From the NCBI GenBank assembly GCA_963707025.1, contig CAVPOM010000018.1, positions 1 to 64,000 of the forward strand: a stretch of DNA of 64,000 nt. The letters run 5' to 3'. This DNA comes from an uncultured Verrucomicrobiae bacterium (GTDB lineage: Bacteria > Verrucomicrobiota > Verrucomicrobiia > Limisphaerales > Palsa-1400). Below the pieces are notes generated by a model, which was given only the letters and a program-made list of their open reading frames with translations, searched no databases and was not told the origin of the DNA. The position numbers and the translations under genes are program-made. Below are positions 42,537 to 53,456 of the stretch, piece by piece (position 1 is the stretch's first letter; every line of letters begins with the position of its first letter).

Positions 42537-43190
42537 ATGTCCGATATCTTTCCAAAGTGGACCAACCGGTTGCCGCGCAACATTATTATTGGGGCGGTGC
42601 TGGTGGGTTCCGGGGTGCTGGCCGGGGTGACCTATTATTTCACGCCGAAGTACACGCGGGTGGGTTATGAACCGATCCAGCCGGTGGCCTTTGCCCACAG
42701 CGTGCATGTGGAGCAATTGGGGCTGGATTGCCGCTATTGCCATAATACGGTGGAGAAATCCTGGTATTCCAACATCCCGGCCACGTCCACCTGCATGAAC
42801 TGCCATGTCCAGGTGTTGAAGGACGATGCCCGGCTGGCGCTGGTGCGGGAAAGCGCGGCCTCGGGCCAGCCGATTCCCTGGGTGCAAATCCACAAGATGC
42901 CCGATTTTGTCTATTTCAACCATTCCGTCCATGTCAACCGGGGTGTCAGTTGCGTGGAATGCCACGGGCAGATCAACCAGATGGACGAAGTGTATCATGC
43001 CAAACCTTTGAGCATGTCCTATTGCCTGGACTGCCATCGCGACCCGACGATGCGGGTTCGTCCGCTGGCCGAGATCACGCATTTGGATTGGAAACCCGAG
43101 TCCGCGGCCAGGCAAAGGGAGGATGGCGAAAAGATGATGCATGATTGGCGGATTCAATCCTTGCAAACCTGCTCGACTTGTCACCGATGA
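42537..43190 (+). CDS. actA: alternative complex III pentaheme cytochrome c subunit
   Basis: One TM segment plus five CxxCH motifs (CRYCH, CMNCH, CVECH, CLDCH, CSTCH). Confidence 0.92.
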   Translation: MSDIFPKWTNRLPRNIIIGAVLVGSGVLAGVTYYFTPKYTRVGYEPIQPVAFAHSVHVEQLGLDCRYCHNTVEKSWYSNIPATSTCMNCHVQVLKDDARLALVRESAASGQPIPWVQIHKMPDFVYFNHSVHVNRGVSCVECHGQINQMDEVYHAKPLSMSYCLDCHRDPTMRVRPLAEITHLDWKPESAARQREDGEKMMHDWRIQSLQTCSTCHR

Positions 43191-46100
43191 AAAACCCACC
43201 CACACCCGCACCGGCAGGCCCGGCCTATTGGCGCAGTTTGGACGAACTGGCGGACACGCCGCAGTTCCGCCAATGGGTGGAAAAGGAGTTTCCGGCCGGG
43301 GCGAGCGAATTGTTTGATCCGGTGACGCGGCGCAATTTCGTCAAGATCATGTCGGCGTCCTTCCTCCTGGCGGGCCTCGGGGCGACGGGCTGCCGCCGGC
43401 CGGTGGAGAACATTTATCCGTTCGCCAAGATGCCGGAGAATTATGCGCATGGCCTGCCGCAGTTTTTTGCCACGGCCATGCCGTCCCGCCGCGGGGCGGT
43501 GCCGCTGGTGGTGAAATCCAGCGACGGGCGCCCGACCAAAGTGGAGGGCAATCCCGACCACCCGGACAGCAACGGCGGCACGGACCCGTTTGCGCAGGCG
43601 TCGGTGTTGAGTCTTTATGATCCCGACCGGGCCCAACGCTACGCCAGGAACGGGAGCCTGAGCACCAAGGCGGCGGCGTTGGATGCCTTGGCCGCGCTGG
43701 CCGGGAAGTTTGGGAACGGGGACGGGGTGGCGTTTCTCATGGAGCAAAGCAGCTCGCCTTCCCGCGCGCGGCTGCAACGGATGGTCAGCGAAAAATATCC
43801 GAAGGCGCGCTGGTTTGTTTATGAGGCGGTGGATCTGGATGCGGCGCGCATTGCGGCCTCGCTGGCTTACGGCATCCCGGTGGCGCCTTATTACAACCTG
43901 GAAAAGGCGGAAAAAATTCTGGCGCTGGATTGTGATTTTATCGGCACCGAGGAAAATGCGACGGTCAACATCCGGCGCTTCGCCCAGGGCCGGCATGTCG
44001 CGGGCAAGGACGACCCAATGAGCCGGCTCTATGCGGTGGAGAGCTTGTTCACCTTGACAGGGATGAACGCGGACCATCGTTTGCGCGTCGCGCCCAGCCT
44101 GATGGTCGCGGTGGTGGCGCGGATGGCGCTCAATATCCTGCCTTCCGGCGATTGGGACGCCAAGCTGAAGGAATTGTCCGCCCCGGCGCAGGGCTTTGAT
44201 GATTGGATCGTGCCTTGCGCGAAGGATTTGAAGGCAAGCGGCGGGAAAGGTTTGGTGATGGGCGGTTATCGTTTGCCGCCAGCGGCCCATTTGCTGGTGC
44301 TGGCGATGAACGAGGCTCTTGGTGCGGTGGCGGATCACACGATTGAATTTCATGAAGTTCCCGAGGCAACCGAAGAGGACATTAGCATCCTCGTGAAGGC
44401 GCTGGGCGCTGTCCAATTCCAGACTTTGATCATGTTGGGCGGCAATCTGGCTTACAATGCTCCGGCGGACTTGAACTGGTCGCAGGCGTATCCAGGGGGG
44501 AAACTCCAAAGGACAATCGTGCGGCTCGGTTATTATGAAGATGAAACGTCGTGCCCCCCTCCTCCAACGATGACGAGTCAATGGGATTTGCCGATGGCGC
44601 ATTTTCTGGAGTCGTGGGGCGACGCGCGCACGGCCAACGGAACTTTGGTCCCGATTCAGCCGCTGATCGAGCCGCTGTTTGACGGGCTGACGGAATTGGA
44701 AGTGCTGGCGATTCTGGCGGGCGCGGAAAAGACCAAGCCTTACGAAATCGTGCGCGAAACATTTCGCCTCCTTGGCGGCCCCGGCGAGAATGATTGGCGG
44801 AAGTTTTTGCACGACGGTTTCCTCGCAGGCAGCGCGGCGGTGCCGGCCACTGTACAGTTCAACGCCAAGCTGCTCGCGCCGGTGTTGGATTTGTTGAAGC
44901 CCGCGGCCGCGCCCGGACCGGGCAACTTGGACGTCGTTTTCCATCGCGATTCCAAGATGGACGACGGACGGCATAATAATAACGGCTGGTTGCAGGAATT
45001 GCCGGACCCGATCACCAAGCTGACCTGGGACAACGCGATTTTGGTAAGCCCCAAGACGGCCCATGAGCTGAAGCTCGCGCCCGATGAGCAGAAGCGCGAC
45101 CAGACGCAGCGATTTTACGACCAGGTGGTGGAAATTCAATTGGGCGAGCGGAGAGTGCGCGGCACGATCTGGGTCCAGCCCGGCATGGCGGATTATACCG
45201 TGGGGCTGGCGCTGGGATATGGTCGCGTGAAGACGGGGCGGATCGGGCGCGGTTGCGGCTACAACGCGTATAAAGTGCGGACGACCGACGCCATGCATTA
45301 CGGGTCGAACGCCAAGTTGACGAAAGTGGGCACGGCGTATCAATTGTCCACCACGCAGAGCCATTGGAGCATGGAAGGGCGCGCGCCGGTGCGGGAAGCC
45401 AATCTGGAGGATTTTCGCAAGCAGCCGGATTTCGCGGCGAAAATGGACTTGGAAAAGCCGCCCACCATAGCGCCGATGTATCCCAACCCATTCGACACCA
45501 CCAAGGCCAAAGGATTGCATCAGTGGGGCATGGCCATAGATTTGAGCAAATGCGTGGGATGCTCGGCCTGCATGGTGGCGTGCCAGAGCGAGAACAACGT
45601 CCCCATTGTGGGCAAGGAAATGGTGGGCAAGAGCCGCGAGATGCACTGGATACGGATTGACCGTTATTATTCCGGTGTGGGCAAGAATCCCGAGGATGAT
45701 CCGCAGGCGGTGGTCCAGCCGATGCTCTGCCAGCATTGCGAAGCCGCCCCGTGCGAGAATGTTTGCCCGGTCAATGCCACCTCGCATGATGACGAAGGGC
45801 TGAACGTGATGGTGTATAACCGCTGCGTCGGCACGCGTTATTGCTCCAACAACTGCCCCTACAAAGTGCGCCGCTTCAATTTCTTTGATTACAACCGCCG
45901 CCCGCTGGACAAACTTTACGACAGCCCGCTCGATCCGCTCAACCGGAAGGACGGCAAATGGGAGTTCCTGCGATGGTGGGACAATCCGGACCGGGGCAAC
46001 CTGCCGGAAGACCAGTGGCAACTGGTGCGCATGGTCAAGAACCCCGACGTGTCGGTGCGGATGCGCGGGGTGATGGAGAAATGCACCTTCTGCGTGCAAC

Positions 46101-46474
46101 GGCTGGAGCAGGCCAAGATCGCCGCGAAGGTCAAGGCGCGCGCTTCGGACCACATCCGCTTGTCGGAGAAGGAAGGGACCATTCCCAGGACGGCGTGCCA
46201 GCAGGCCTGTCCGGCGGAGGCGATTGCCTTTGGCGACATTTTGGACAAGGAAAGCACCGTGAGCAAATGGAAGGACAATCCGCGCAATTACACGGTGCTG
46301 GACGTTCTCCACACCAAACCGCGCCTGACTTACCTGGCCAAGGTGCGCAATCCCAATCCCGAGATGCCCGATTACAAGCAGCACCCCGCGCCTTACAGCT
46401 ACGACGACTATTCCAAAACCATGGGCCGGCCCGCCTTGGAGGAGGGTGAGGCGACTGAGAAAGGAGCCCGGTAA
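43187..46474 (+). CDS. actB: alternative complex III molybdopterin-oxidoreductase-like / Fe-S fusion subunit
   Basis: [13 protein letters not shown] Tat motif, [14 protein letters not shown]-terminal Fe-S motifs ([41 protein letters not shown]). Confidence 0.93.
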   Translation: MKNPPTPAPAGPAYWRSLDELADTPQFRQWVEKEFPAGASELFDPVTRRNFVKIMSASFLLAGLGATGCRRPVENIYPFAKMPENYAHGLPQFFATAMPSRRGAVPLVVKSSDGRPTKVEGNPDHPDSNGGTDPFAQASVLSLYDPDRAQRYARNGSLSTKAAALDALAALAGKFGNGDGVAFLMEQSSSPSRARLQRMVSEKYPKARWFVYEAVDLDAARIAASLAYGIPVAPYYNLEKAEKILALDCDFIGTEENATVNIRRFAQGRHVAGKDDPMSRLYAVESLFTLTGMNADHRLRVAPSLMVAVVARMALNILPSGDWDAKLKELSAPAQGFDDWIVPCAKDLKASGGKGLVMGGYRLPPAAHLLVLAMNEALGAVADHTIEFHEVPEATEEDISILVKALGAVQFQTLIMLGGNLAYNAPADLNWSQAYPGGKLQRTIVRLGYYEDETSCPPPPTMTSQWDLPMAHFLESWGDARTANGTLVPIQPLIEPLFDGLTELEVLAILAGAEKTKPYEIVRETFRLLGGPGENDWRKFLHDGFLAGSAAVPATVQFNAKLLAPVLDLLKPAAAPGPGNLDVVFHRDSKMDDGRHNNNGWLQELPDPITKLTWDNAILVSPKTAHELKLAPDEQKRDQTQRFYDQVVEIQLGERRVRGTIWVQPGMADYTVGLALGYGRVKTGRIGRGCGYNAYKVRTTDAMHYGSNAKLTKVGTAYQLSTTQSHWSMEGRAPVREANLEDFRKQPDFAAKMDLEKPPTIAPMYPNPFDTTKAKGLHQWGMAIDLSKCVGCSACMVACQSENNVPIVGKEMVGKSREMHWIRIDRYYSGVGKNPEDDPQAVVQPMLCQHCEAAPCENVCPVNATSHDDEGLNVMVYNRCVGTRYCSNNCPYKVRRFNFFDYNRRPLDKLYDSPLDPLNRKDGKWEFLRWWDNPDRGNLPEDQWQLVRMVKNPDVSVRMRGVMEKCTFCVQRLEQAKIAAKVKARASDHIRLSEKEGTIPRTACQQACPAEAIAFGDILDKESTVSKWKDNPRNYTVLDVLHTKPRLTYLAKVRNPNPEMPDYKQHPAPYSYDDYSKTMGRPALEEGEATEKGAR

Positions 46475-47964
46475 TGGCGGACGCCACTCCAGCCCCGATG
46501 TTGACGCAGGACGCGCCGCTGGTGGTGCAGGCGCCGCCCGTGGAGTTGGAACGCGAGCCGCTCGTGGCCAACGGCCACGGCATCGGCTGGCTGTCCGACA
46601 CCATAGCGGGAGTGGCCGAAGGCAAGCCCAAGTTCTGGTGGTGGATTTGTTTCACCATCAGCGCGACCATGATGACGGTGTGCTTTCTGTGCATACTATA
46701 TCTGATGTCCACCGGGGTGGGGGTCTGGGGTGTGGCGCACCCGGCCATGTGGGGCTATGCCATCGTCAATTTCGTGTGGTGGATCGGCATCGGCCATGCC
46801 GGAACCCTGATCTCGGCGATTTTGTTTCTGCTGCGGCAGAAATGGAGGACTTCCATCAACCGCGCGGCCGAAGCGATGACCATCTTCGCCGTGATGTGCG
46901 CCGGCATCTTTCCTCTCATCCATATTGGGCGAATCTGGCTGGGCTACTGGCTGTTCCCCATCCCCAATGCCAACGGCATCTGGCCGCAATTCCGCTCGCC
47001 CCTGATGTGGGACGTTTTCGCCGTCTCCACCTACTTCACCGTCTCGGTGCTGTTCTGGTACATGGGATTGATACCCGATCTGGCCGTGATGCGGGACCGG
47101 GCCACGACGAAAAGCCGGAAGTTCGGCTACGGCCTCTTCGCCCTGGGCTGGACCGGCTCCAACCGGCACTGGAGCAATTATGAGAAGGCCTACCTCATTC
47201 TGGCGGGCCTGTCCACGCCGCTGGTGCTCTCGGTCCATTCCATCGTCTCGCTGGATTTTTCGGTCTCGCAAATCCCCGGCTGGCACACCACCATTTTCCC
47301 CCCCTACTTTGTGGCGGGGGCCGTTTACTCCGGTTTTGGGATGGTGCTGACGCTGCTGGTGCCGCTGCGGCGGATGCTGAAACTGGAAGACATCATCACG
47401 GTGCGGCATGTGGAGTTGATGTGCAAAGTGACCCTGCTCACCGGCTCCATCGTGGGCTATGCCTATGTGATGGAGTTTTTCATCGCCTGGTACGGGGGCA
47501 ATCCTTATGAGAAATACCTCTTTCTCCATGAGCGCGCGGCGGACCCGTTCATCATTGCCCCGCTCTACGGAATCGAGCCGGCGCCCTACTGGTGGGCCTG
47601 GTGGATGATGATTATCTGCAACGTGCTGGTGCCGCAGCTATTCTGGTTCAAGAAGGTGCGGACCACCATGATCCTGGTTTTCATCCTGTCCATTTTAGTC
47701 AACGTCGGCATGTGGTTCGAACGATTTGTCATCATCATCGTTTCGTTGACCCGTGAATTCATTCCGGCCAACTGGGGATATTACCGTCCGTCGTGGGTGG
47801 ATATTTTGCAATTTTTGGGAACGTTTGGCTTGTTCTTTACGTTCTTCCTGTTGTTCCTGCGCTACGTCCCGTTGATCGCCATTGCGGAGGTCAAGGGCGT
47901 GACGCCGCAAGCCGACCCGCACCATCCGCTGGGCGGGGCGAAAAGCGGAGGGCACCACCCATGA
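46474..47964 (+). CDS. actC: alternative complex III NrfD/PsrC-like membrane subunit
   Basis: [46 protein letters not shown]. Confidence 0.93.
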   Translation: MADATPAPMLTQDAPLVVQAPPVELEREPLVANGHGIGWLSDTIAGVAEGKPKFWWWICFTISATMMTVCFLCILYLMSTGVGVWGVAHPAMWGYAIVNFVWWIGIGHAGTLISAILFLLRQKWRTSINRAAEAMTIFAVMCAGIFPLIHIGRIWLGYWLFPIPNANGIWPQFRSPLMWDVFAVSTYFTVSVLFWYMGLIPDLAVMRDRATTKSRKFGYGLFALGWTGSNRHWSNYEKAYLILAGLSTPLVLSVHSIVSLDFSVSQIPGWHTTIFPPYFVAGAVYSGFGMVLTLLVPLRRMLKLEDIITVRHVELMCKVTLLTGSIVGYAYVMEFFIAWYGGNPYEKYLFLHERAADPFIIAPLYGIEPAPYWWAWWMMIICNVLVPQLFWFKKVRTTMILVFILSILVNVGMWFERFVIIIVSLTREFIPANWGYYRPSWVDILQFLGTFGLFFTFFLLFLRYVPLIAIAEVKGVTPQADPHHPLGGAKSGGHHP

Positions 47965-48494
47965 GCGGACGGCCTTACGCGATCCTGGCGGAATTTGAAA
48001 GCCCGGCGGCCATCCTGCAGGCGGCGGACAAGGTGCGCGGGGAGGGATACCGCAATTGGGACGTTTTCACCCCGTTCCCGATCCACGGCATGGACCGGGC
48101 GATGGGGATCAAGAACTCCAAAGTGGGCTGGTTTTCTTTCATTGGCGGCGTGACGGGGTACGCCACGGGGATGTTGATGATCTGGTTTATGAACACGGTG
48201 GATTATCCGATCGTCATCGGCGGCAAGCCGATGTTCAGCCCGTTTTCCGCTTTTCCGCCGTCCTACGAATTGACGATTTTGTTCGGGGCCTTCGGGGCGC
48301 TGCTGGGGATGCTGTTCCTCAACCGGCTGCCCCGGCTGCATCATCCCCTGCTCAAGCACGGGCGGTTCAAGCTGGCCAGCCACGACCGTTTTTACGTGGT
48401 GATCGAAACCAACGATCCCAAATACGCCGAGCCGGCGACCCGGCAAATGCTGGAGTCGCTGGGGAGCAAGCACGTTGAATTCGTCGAGGAATAA
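47961..48494 (+). CDS. actD: alternative complex III subunit D (DUF3341-like)
   Basis: [32 protein letters not shown]. Confidence 0.9.
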   Translation: MSGRPYAILAEFESPAAILQAADKVRGEGYRNWDVFTPFPIHGMDRAMGIKNSKVGWFSFIGGVTGYATGMLMIWFMNTVDYPIVIGGKPMFSPFSAFPPSYELTILFGAFGALLGMLFLNRLPRLHHPLLKHGRFKLASHDRFYVVIETNDPKYAEPATRQMLESLGSKHVEFVEE

Positions 48495-49162
48495 TGCGCT
48501 ACTTTTACCTCATTTTTTTTCTGACCTGCGTGACGGTGATCGGCCTGGCCGGTTTTCGCGGCAGCAAGTCGCGCCAGCCGCCCATTGAGCTGTTTAACGA
48601 CATGGTGCGCCAAAACAAGGTGCGCCCGCAGACGCCGAGCGATTTCTTCGCCGACGGCCGCAGTTCGCGGGCGCGGCCCGAAGGCACGGTGGAGCGCAGC
48701 CTGCCTTATGAACTCAACGGCCAATTGGTGCTGGTCAACGGCAAACCGGTTTATCCCTACGAAGAGGCCCCCATGAACACCGGGCGGATGACGGGCACGA
48801 CCAATTTCATCGAAACCGGCCCGCTGGCCATCACGCGGGAATTGCTGGACCGGGGCCAGGAGCGTTATCAGATTTATTGCCTGCCGTGCCACGGCCCGGC
48901 GGGAGACGGCAAGGGGATCACGGGCAAATACGGCATGGTGAGCATGGCCGATTTTCACGCCCAGCGCCTGGTGGAGATGAAGGACGGTGAGATTTTTAAT
49001 ACCATGACGGTCGGGAAATTGCCGCTCATGCCGGCCTACGGGGCGCTGCTTGGGGTGGAAGACCGCTGGGCGATCATCTCCTACATCCGCGCCTTGCAAC
49101 GCAGCCAGTTGGCGACGGTGGAAGACGTGCCCGAGGCGAAACGGGGAGAATTTAAGAAATGA
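48494..49162 (+). CDS. actE: alternative complex III monoheme cytochrome c subunit
   Basis: DMVRQ, FFADG, GTV, CLPCHG, MPAYG, DRWAIISYIRALQ. Confidence 0.9.
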   Translation: MRYFYLIFFLTCVTVIGLAGFRGSKSRQPPIELFNDMVRQNKVRPQTPSDFFADGRSSRARPEGTVERSLPYELNGQLVLVNGKPVYPYEEAPMNTGRMTGTTNFIETGPLAITRELLDRGQERYQIYCLPCHGPAGDGKGITGKYGMVSMADFHAQRLVEMKDGEIFNTMTVGKLPLMPAYGALLGVEDRWAIISYIRALQRSQLATVEDVPEAKRGEFKK

Positions 49163-49213
49163 GATTAAGATTAAGAAAAGAGATTAAGATTAAGATCAAG
49201 ATTAAGAAATAAG
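49163..49213. repeat. (GATTAA)n unpaired arm between actE and actF
   Basis: Starts directly after the actE TGA. Confidence 0.85.
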
Positions 49214-49222
49214 GCCAGGATT

Positions 49223-50494
49223 ATGAACAAGGACACTCCATCCTCATCGGTTGCGCCGCTGGATTTGGCCAAATGGCGGCATGTGCCCGTGATCTTGATG
49301 GCGGCGGGCGGGATCGGGGCGGGGCTGGGCGCGGCGGCCTGCGGGAGCCGGCAGTTCGCCTTTTCCTGGCTGGTGGCCTTCATGTTTTACTTGAGCTTGT
49401 GCCTGGGCGCCTGGTTTCTGGTGATGGTGCATCATTTGTTTGACGCAAACTGGTCGGTGCCGACGCGGCGGTTTTGCGAACACCTGGCCTGTCTGGCGGG
49501 CTGGCCGATGCTGCTGCTGTTTGTCCCCATTGCCGTCCTGGCGCCGCGCCTCTATGAATGGATGAACGAGCTGCGGCATCCGGATCATGCCTTGGCGGCC
49601 AAATATCCGTTGTTCACCATGAAGGGTTTTTATATCGTGGCGGCGGTTTGCTTCGGCGTCTGGTGGCTCTTTACCAACCGTTTGCGGCACTGGTCGCTGC
49701 AGCAGGACAAGACGGGCGCGGCCCATTGCATGCGCCGCATGCGGTTTTATTCCGCCCTGGGCATCATCCTTTTTGCGGGGACGCTCACCCTGGCCGCGAT
49801 CGTGTGGATGAAGGGGCTGATGTATGAATGGGCCTCGACCATGTACGGGGTCTGGTATTTCGCGGCGAGCGTCTGGGTGGCGCTGGCCACAGTGTATGTC
49901 ATTACGCTGATCTTGCAGCGCACGACGGCGTTGCGGGATGTGGTGACGGAAAAGACGTATTACATGATTGGCTCGCTCTTGTTCGCCTTTACCGTGTTCT
50001 GGGCCTACATCAGCTTTGGGCAGTACTTTATCGTCTGGAACGCGAACATGCCGGAAGAGACCTTCTGGTACGTGCTGCGCGAAAAGGGGACGTGGTGGTT
50101 CACGGGGGCCATCATCATCATCTTCGGCCATTTCTTCCTGCCCTTTCTGGCGCTGCTGCGGATAGATGTGAAACTGAAGCTGGCGGCCATGCTGCCGTTG
50201 TGCGCCTGGGCCTGGCTCATGCACCTGGTGGACGTGGAGTTCCAAGTCATGCCCAGCCTGCATGAGAACGGGGTATTCACTTTCACCTTTCCCTTCCTGA
50301 CGGCCAGCCTGCTGGTGGACTTGGCCTGCCTGATGTTCATCGGCGGATTCCTCGCCAAACTTTTTCTGTGGTCGCTCAACCGGCATCCCGTCTATCCCTT
50401 GCAGGACCCGCGCATGGCGGAAGCTCTGGACGTTTATGTGCCGCCGGCCAGCGCCGCCGCCATTATTCCCGGTCCCGGGGTAAAAGAACTATAA
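49223..50494 (+). CDS. actF: alternative complex III membrane subunit F
   Basis: Multi-TM; WSVPTRR, STMYG, FWAYISFGQYFIVWNANMPEET. Confidence 0.9.
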   Translation: MNKDTPSSSVAPLDLAKWRHVPVILMAAGGIGAGLGAAACGSRQFAFSWLVAFMFYLSLCLGAWFLVMVHHLFDANWSVPTRRFCEHLACLAGWPMLLLFVPIAVLAPRLYEWMNELRHPDHALAAKYPLFTMKGFYIVAAVCFGVWWLFTNRLRHWSLQQDKTGAAHCMRRMRFYSALGIILFAGTLTLAAIVWMKGLMYEWASTMYGVWYFAASVWVALATVYVITLILQRTTALRDVVTEKTYYMIGSLLFAFTVFWAYISFGQYFIVWNANMPEETFWYVLREKGTWWFTGAIIIIFGHFFLPFLALLRIDVKLKLAAMLPLCAWAWLMHLVDVEFQVMPSLHENGVFTFTFPFLTASLLVDLACLMFIGGFLAKLFLWSLNRHPVYPLQDPRMAEALDVYVPPASAAAIIPGPGVKEL

Positions 50495-50508
50495 ATGATA
50501 AATGAACC

Positions 50509-50877
50509 ATGAGCACTGAATCCATCCGCGGAAAATGCGGCCAGGGCCTGACCGTGCTGGGGGTGGCGGGAGCGTTTTTAGTGATGGCCTGGCTGGTCTG
50601 GCTGATGCGCGCCTACACGCACCCGCCCGCCCTGGCTGAGGCCCGCGCCGTGGAGCGGCTGAAGATCAAGGCCGAGTTCGACGCGGCCAACGCCCCGCTG
50701 CTCAACGGGTATGACTGGGCCGACAAGGAGAAGGGATTTGTGCGCATCCCGGTGGAGCGGGCCAAGGAATTGATCTTGCAGGAATGGCAGAATCCGGCGG
50801 CGGGCCGCTCCAATCTGACCAACCGGGCGGCCAGGGAATTCGCCCCCGCCGCCGTGGCGAAAAACCCGTACGAGTAG
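50509..50877 (+). CDS. actG: ActG-like small membrane subunit
   Basis: One TM segment plus YDWADKEKGFVRIPVERA motif; follows actF. Confidence 0.7.
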   Translation: MSTESIRGKCGQGLTVLGVAGAFLVMAWLVWLMRAYTHPPALAEARAVERLKIKAEFDAANAPLLNGYDWADKEKGFVRIPVERAKELILQEWQNPAAGRSNLTNRAAREFAPAAVAKNPYE

Positions 50878-50940
50878 CGGCACAGAATTATAAATGATAA
50901 ATGAAGAGGGCGAATGTTGCTTTGGGTGGTGCTTCCCTCT

Positions 50941-51115
50941 CTTAATCTTAATCCTAATCTTAATCTTAATCTCATTCGTGCAATCGGTAATCAGAATTGG
51001 CTTTGATCAAGCCCACGAGCAGCGAAACGATGATATACTTGCAGCTTTTCGTGGTCGAAGACTCGATTCACTCGGATTAGGACGATTAAGATTAAGATTA
51101 TGATTAAGATTAAGA
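50941..51115. repeat. (CTTAAT)n...(GATTAA)n inverted hexamer cassette enclosing a gene remnant
   Basis: Left arm 50941-50971, right arm 51075-51115. Confidence 0.9.
50972..51071 (-). pseudogene. internally deleted four-helix-bundle (bAvd / 23S-IVS-like) gene
   Basis: Minus strand GTG-NRVFDHEKLQVY joined out of frame to IVSLLVGLIKANSDYRLHE-TGA; both match typical termini of this family as I recall them. Confidence 0.7.
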
Positions 51116-51131
51116 CCAGGAGCAGATACCC

Positions 51132-52604
51132 ATGAGCGTGACTGAGGCACCAGCGGCAACGGCGGCAACGGCGGCTGGCCCGCAGGTTTCGAGGACCCAA
51201 CTCGAAACTTCCGGGGCGGTGCCGCTCCTGGGCCTGTTCGCCGGCGCGGCGGTCTGGCTCCTGCTGGGTTTGCTGCTGGCGCTGCTCTGTTCGCTCAAAC
51301 TGCATGCCGCCGGCTTGCTGGCCTCCGGGCCGATGTTCACTTATGGGCGCGTCCACGCCGCGGCGGACACGGCGCTGCTCTATGGCTTTGGCGTTCCGGC
51401 CGCGCTGGGAACCGGGCTGTGGCTGCTCTGCCGCCTGGGGCGGACGCGATTGGCGGCGCCGGCGGTGGCCGCCGTGGGAGCGCTGGCCTGGAATGCGGCG
51501 GTGGCCGCGGGTCTCTGGGCCATCCTGCGCGGCGGCGGGACCGGCTACCAAGGGTTTGAGATGCCGGGGGCCATCGCGCCGGTTCTGCTGTTGTCGTACC
51601 TGCTGATCGGAATCTGCGGGGTCGTCACCTTTGGGCAGCGGGAGGCGGGGCCGCTTTATCCGTCGCAATGGTTCGTGCTCGGGGCGCTTTTTTGGTTTGG
51701 GTGGATTTTTTCCACGGCGGGGCTGCTGCTGCTGGGCGCGCCGGTGCGCGGCGTTCTCCAGGCCTTGGTCAACTGGTGGTATGAGCATAATCTGGGCACG
51801 GTGTTTTTTGGGTTTGCCGGGCTGGCTTCGATTTTTTATTTCATCCCCAAACTGACCGGGCGGCCGCTGCACAGTTATTATCAGGCGGCGCTGGCGTTCT
51901 GGATGCTGGCGCTGGCGGGCAGTTGGGGCGGAATTCCCGGCGGCGCGCCGCTGCCGGGCTGGCTGGTCAGCGTGTCCGTGGCGGGGACGGTGCTGACGGT
52001 CATCCCCATCGCGGCGGTGGCGATGAATTTGTATTTGACGGTGAGAGGGGAGGCGCTGGCGCGGGAGGCCTGCCCCAGCCTTCGTTTCACCTGCGCGGGC
52101 CTGATTTTTTGGGTGATCGCCAGCGCGCAGGAGGTGGCGGGGGCGCTGCCGTCGGTCGGGGCGCTGACCGATTTCACCTGGTTCACCACGGCGCAACGGG
52201 ACCTGTTCCGCTACGGTTTCGTGGGGATGACGATGTTCGGGGCGATTTATTACATCGTGCCGCGGCTGGCCGATGCCAAGTCCGCCGCGCCGGACGGACT
52301 GTGGAAAGGGTGGTTAAGCCAATGGCATTTCCGGCTGATGCTGGCGGGGGTGGTGATTGGATACATGGCCTTGCTGGTGGCGGGCGTCTGGGAGGGAGTG
52401 GAGTTCCAAAGCCCCGCCCATTCGTTCGCGGCGGTGATGAGGGGCACGATGATGGCGCTGCGCCTGAGCACGCTGGGTCCCCTGTTGCTCACGCTGGGGA
52501 TGATCGCCTTTCTGCTGAATTTTGCGCTGCTGCTGAAAGGTTGCTGCGCCCGCTGCCGCCGGGAAAGATGGGGCGGCCGGGAGATGCGAAAGGGGGACGC
52601 ATGA
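51132..52604 (+). CDS. cbb3-type oxidase subunit I (CcoN) paralog lacking most heme/CuB ligands
   Basis: TYGRV, LYPSQWF, NWWYEHN, YFIPK..GRPL.SY, FGAIYYIVPRL and WHF align with CcoN; the HH and HxH motifs are absent. Confidence 0.8.
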   Translation: MSVTEAPAATAATAAGPQVSRTQLETSGAVPLLGLFAGAAVWLLLGLLLALLCSLKLHAAGLLASGPMFTYGRVHAAADTALLYGFGVPAALGTGLWLLCRLGRTRLAAPAVAAVGALAWNAAVAAGLWAILRGGGTGYQGFEMPGAIAPVLLLSYLLIGICGVVTFGQREAGPLYPSQWFVLGALFWFGWIFSTAGLLLLGAPVRGVLQALVNWWYEHNLGTVFFGFAGLASIFYFIPKLTGRPLHSYYQAALAFWMLALAGSWGGIPGGAPLPGWLVSVSVAGTVLTVIPIAAVAMNLYLTVRGEALAREACPSLRFTCAGLIFWVIASAQEVAGALPSVGALTDFTWFTTAQRDLFRYGFVGMTMFGAIYYIVPRLADAKSAAPDGLWKGWLSQWHFRLMLAGVVIGYMALLVAGVWEGVEFQSPAHSFAAVMRGTMMALRLSTLGPLLLTLGMIAFLLNFALLLKGCCARCRRERWGGREMRKGDA

Positions 52605-53374
52605 ACAACGGGCCGATGCTTTATTTGGGATTGTTTGCCGCGATGGCGATTTCGTGGGTAACCTTTGTACTCGGCCCGCAGGTGCAAATGGCCGGCCTGC
52701 TGCCCGCCCGGACGGTGGGGTCGCTGCCGGTCAGTTATCCGAACACCCCGCCCGGCCTGGCGCGGCAGGGGGCCGAGGTGTACCGGGCCTGCGGGTGCGT
52801 CTATTGCCATACCCAGCAGGTCCGCCCCGAGGAGCTGGGCTCGGACTTGGCCCACGGCTGGGGCATCCGGCGGAGCGTGGCGCATGACTACATTTATGAT
52901 CGTCCGGTCCTGCTGGGCACGCAGCGGGTCGGGCCGGACCTGGCCAATGCGGGGTTGCGCATGGATGCCATGGCCGTGCTGGTGCGGCTGTGGGATGCCC
53001 GCACCATCAATCATCTGGACGCCGCCCATTCCATTATGCCGTCCTACAAGTATTTGTTTGAAGTGCGCAAAATCGGGCGGATGCCATCGCCCGACGCCCT
53101 GGTGGTTGCGCCGCAATTTGCGGCGGCGCCAGGTTATGAGATTGTGCCGCGGCCGGCGGCGCGCGCCCTGGCGGCGTATGTGGCGAATATGCGCCAGGAG
53201 CCGTATCTTTTTGAAGCACCGCCGCCGCCGGGTGCGATCAACACCAACACGCCGGCGGGAGGAACCAACGCGCCGGCCGGCGGGACCAATGCGCCGGCGG
53301 GAGGCACCAATGCACCCGCGGCGGGCAGCGGAGCGCCCGGCCTGCCTGGCGGCACGAATGCGGCCAAACCGTAA
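52601..53374 (+). CDS. CcoO-like monoheme cytochrome c
   Basis: GCVYCHTQQVRP, GTQRVGPDL, SIMPSY; C-terminal (TNAPAGG)n tail. Confidence 0.85.
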   Translation: MNNGPMLYLGLFAAMAISWVTFVLGPQVQMAGLLPARTVGSLPVSYPNTPPGLARQGAEVYRACGCVYCHTQQVRPEELGSDLAHGWGIRRSVAHDYIYDRPVLLGTQRVGPDLANAGLRMDAMAVLVRLWDARTINHLDAAHSIMPSYKYLFEVRKIGRMPSPDALVVAPQFAAAPGYEIVPRPAARALAAYVANMRQEPYLFEAPPPPGAINTNTPAGGTNAPAGGTNAPAGGTNAPAAGSGAPGLPGGTNAAKP

Positions 53375-53390
53375 TCCGCCATCCGCAACC

Positions 53391-53439
53391 ATTAAGATTG
53401 AGAATGGAGATTAAGATTAGGATTAAGATTAAGATTAGA
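53391..53439. repeat. (GATTAA)n unpaired arm
   Basis: attaagattgagaatggagattaagattaggattaagattaagattaga. Confidence 0.85.
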
Positions 53440-53456
53440 ATGCAATCCGTCACGCC

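Noticed and set aside
43181..46384. 1067-aa antisense ORF over actB and similar long shadow ORFs (7046..8482, 9388..10755, 59946..61769)
   Set aside because: They are mirror frames expected in high-GC coding DNA and carry no recognisable motifs.
50972..51071. A diversity-generating retroelement, suggested by the bAvd-like remnant
   Set aside because: No reverse transcriptase and no TR/VR repeat pair are visible in the window.
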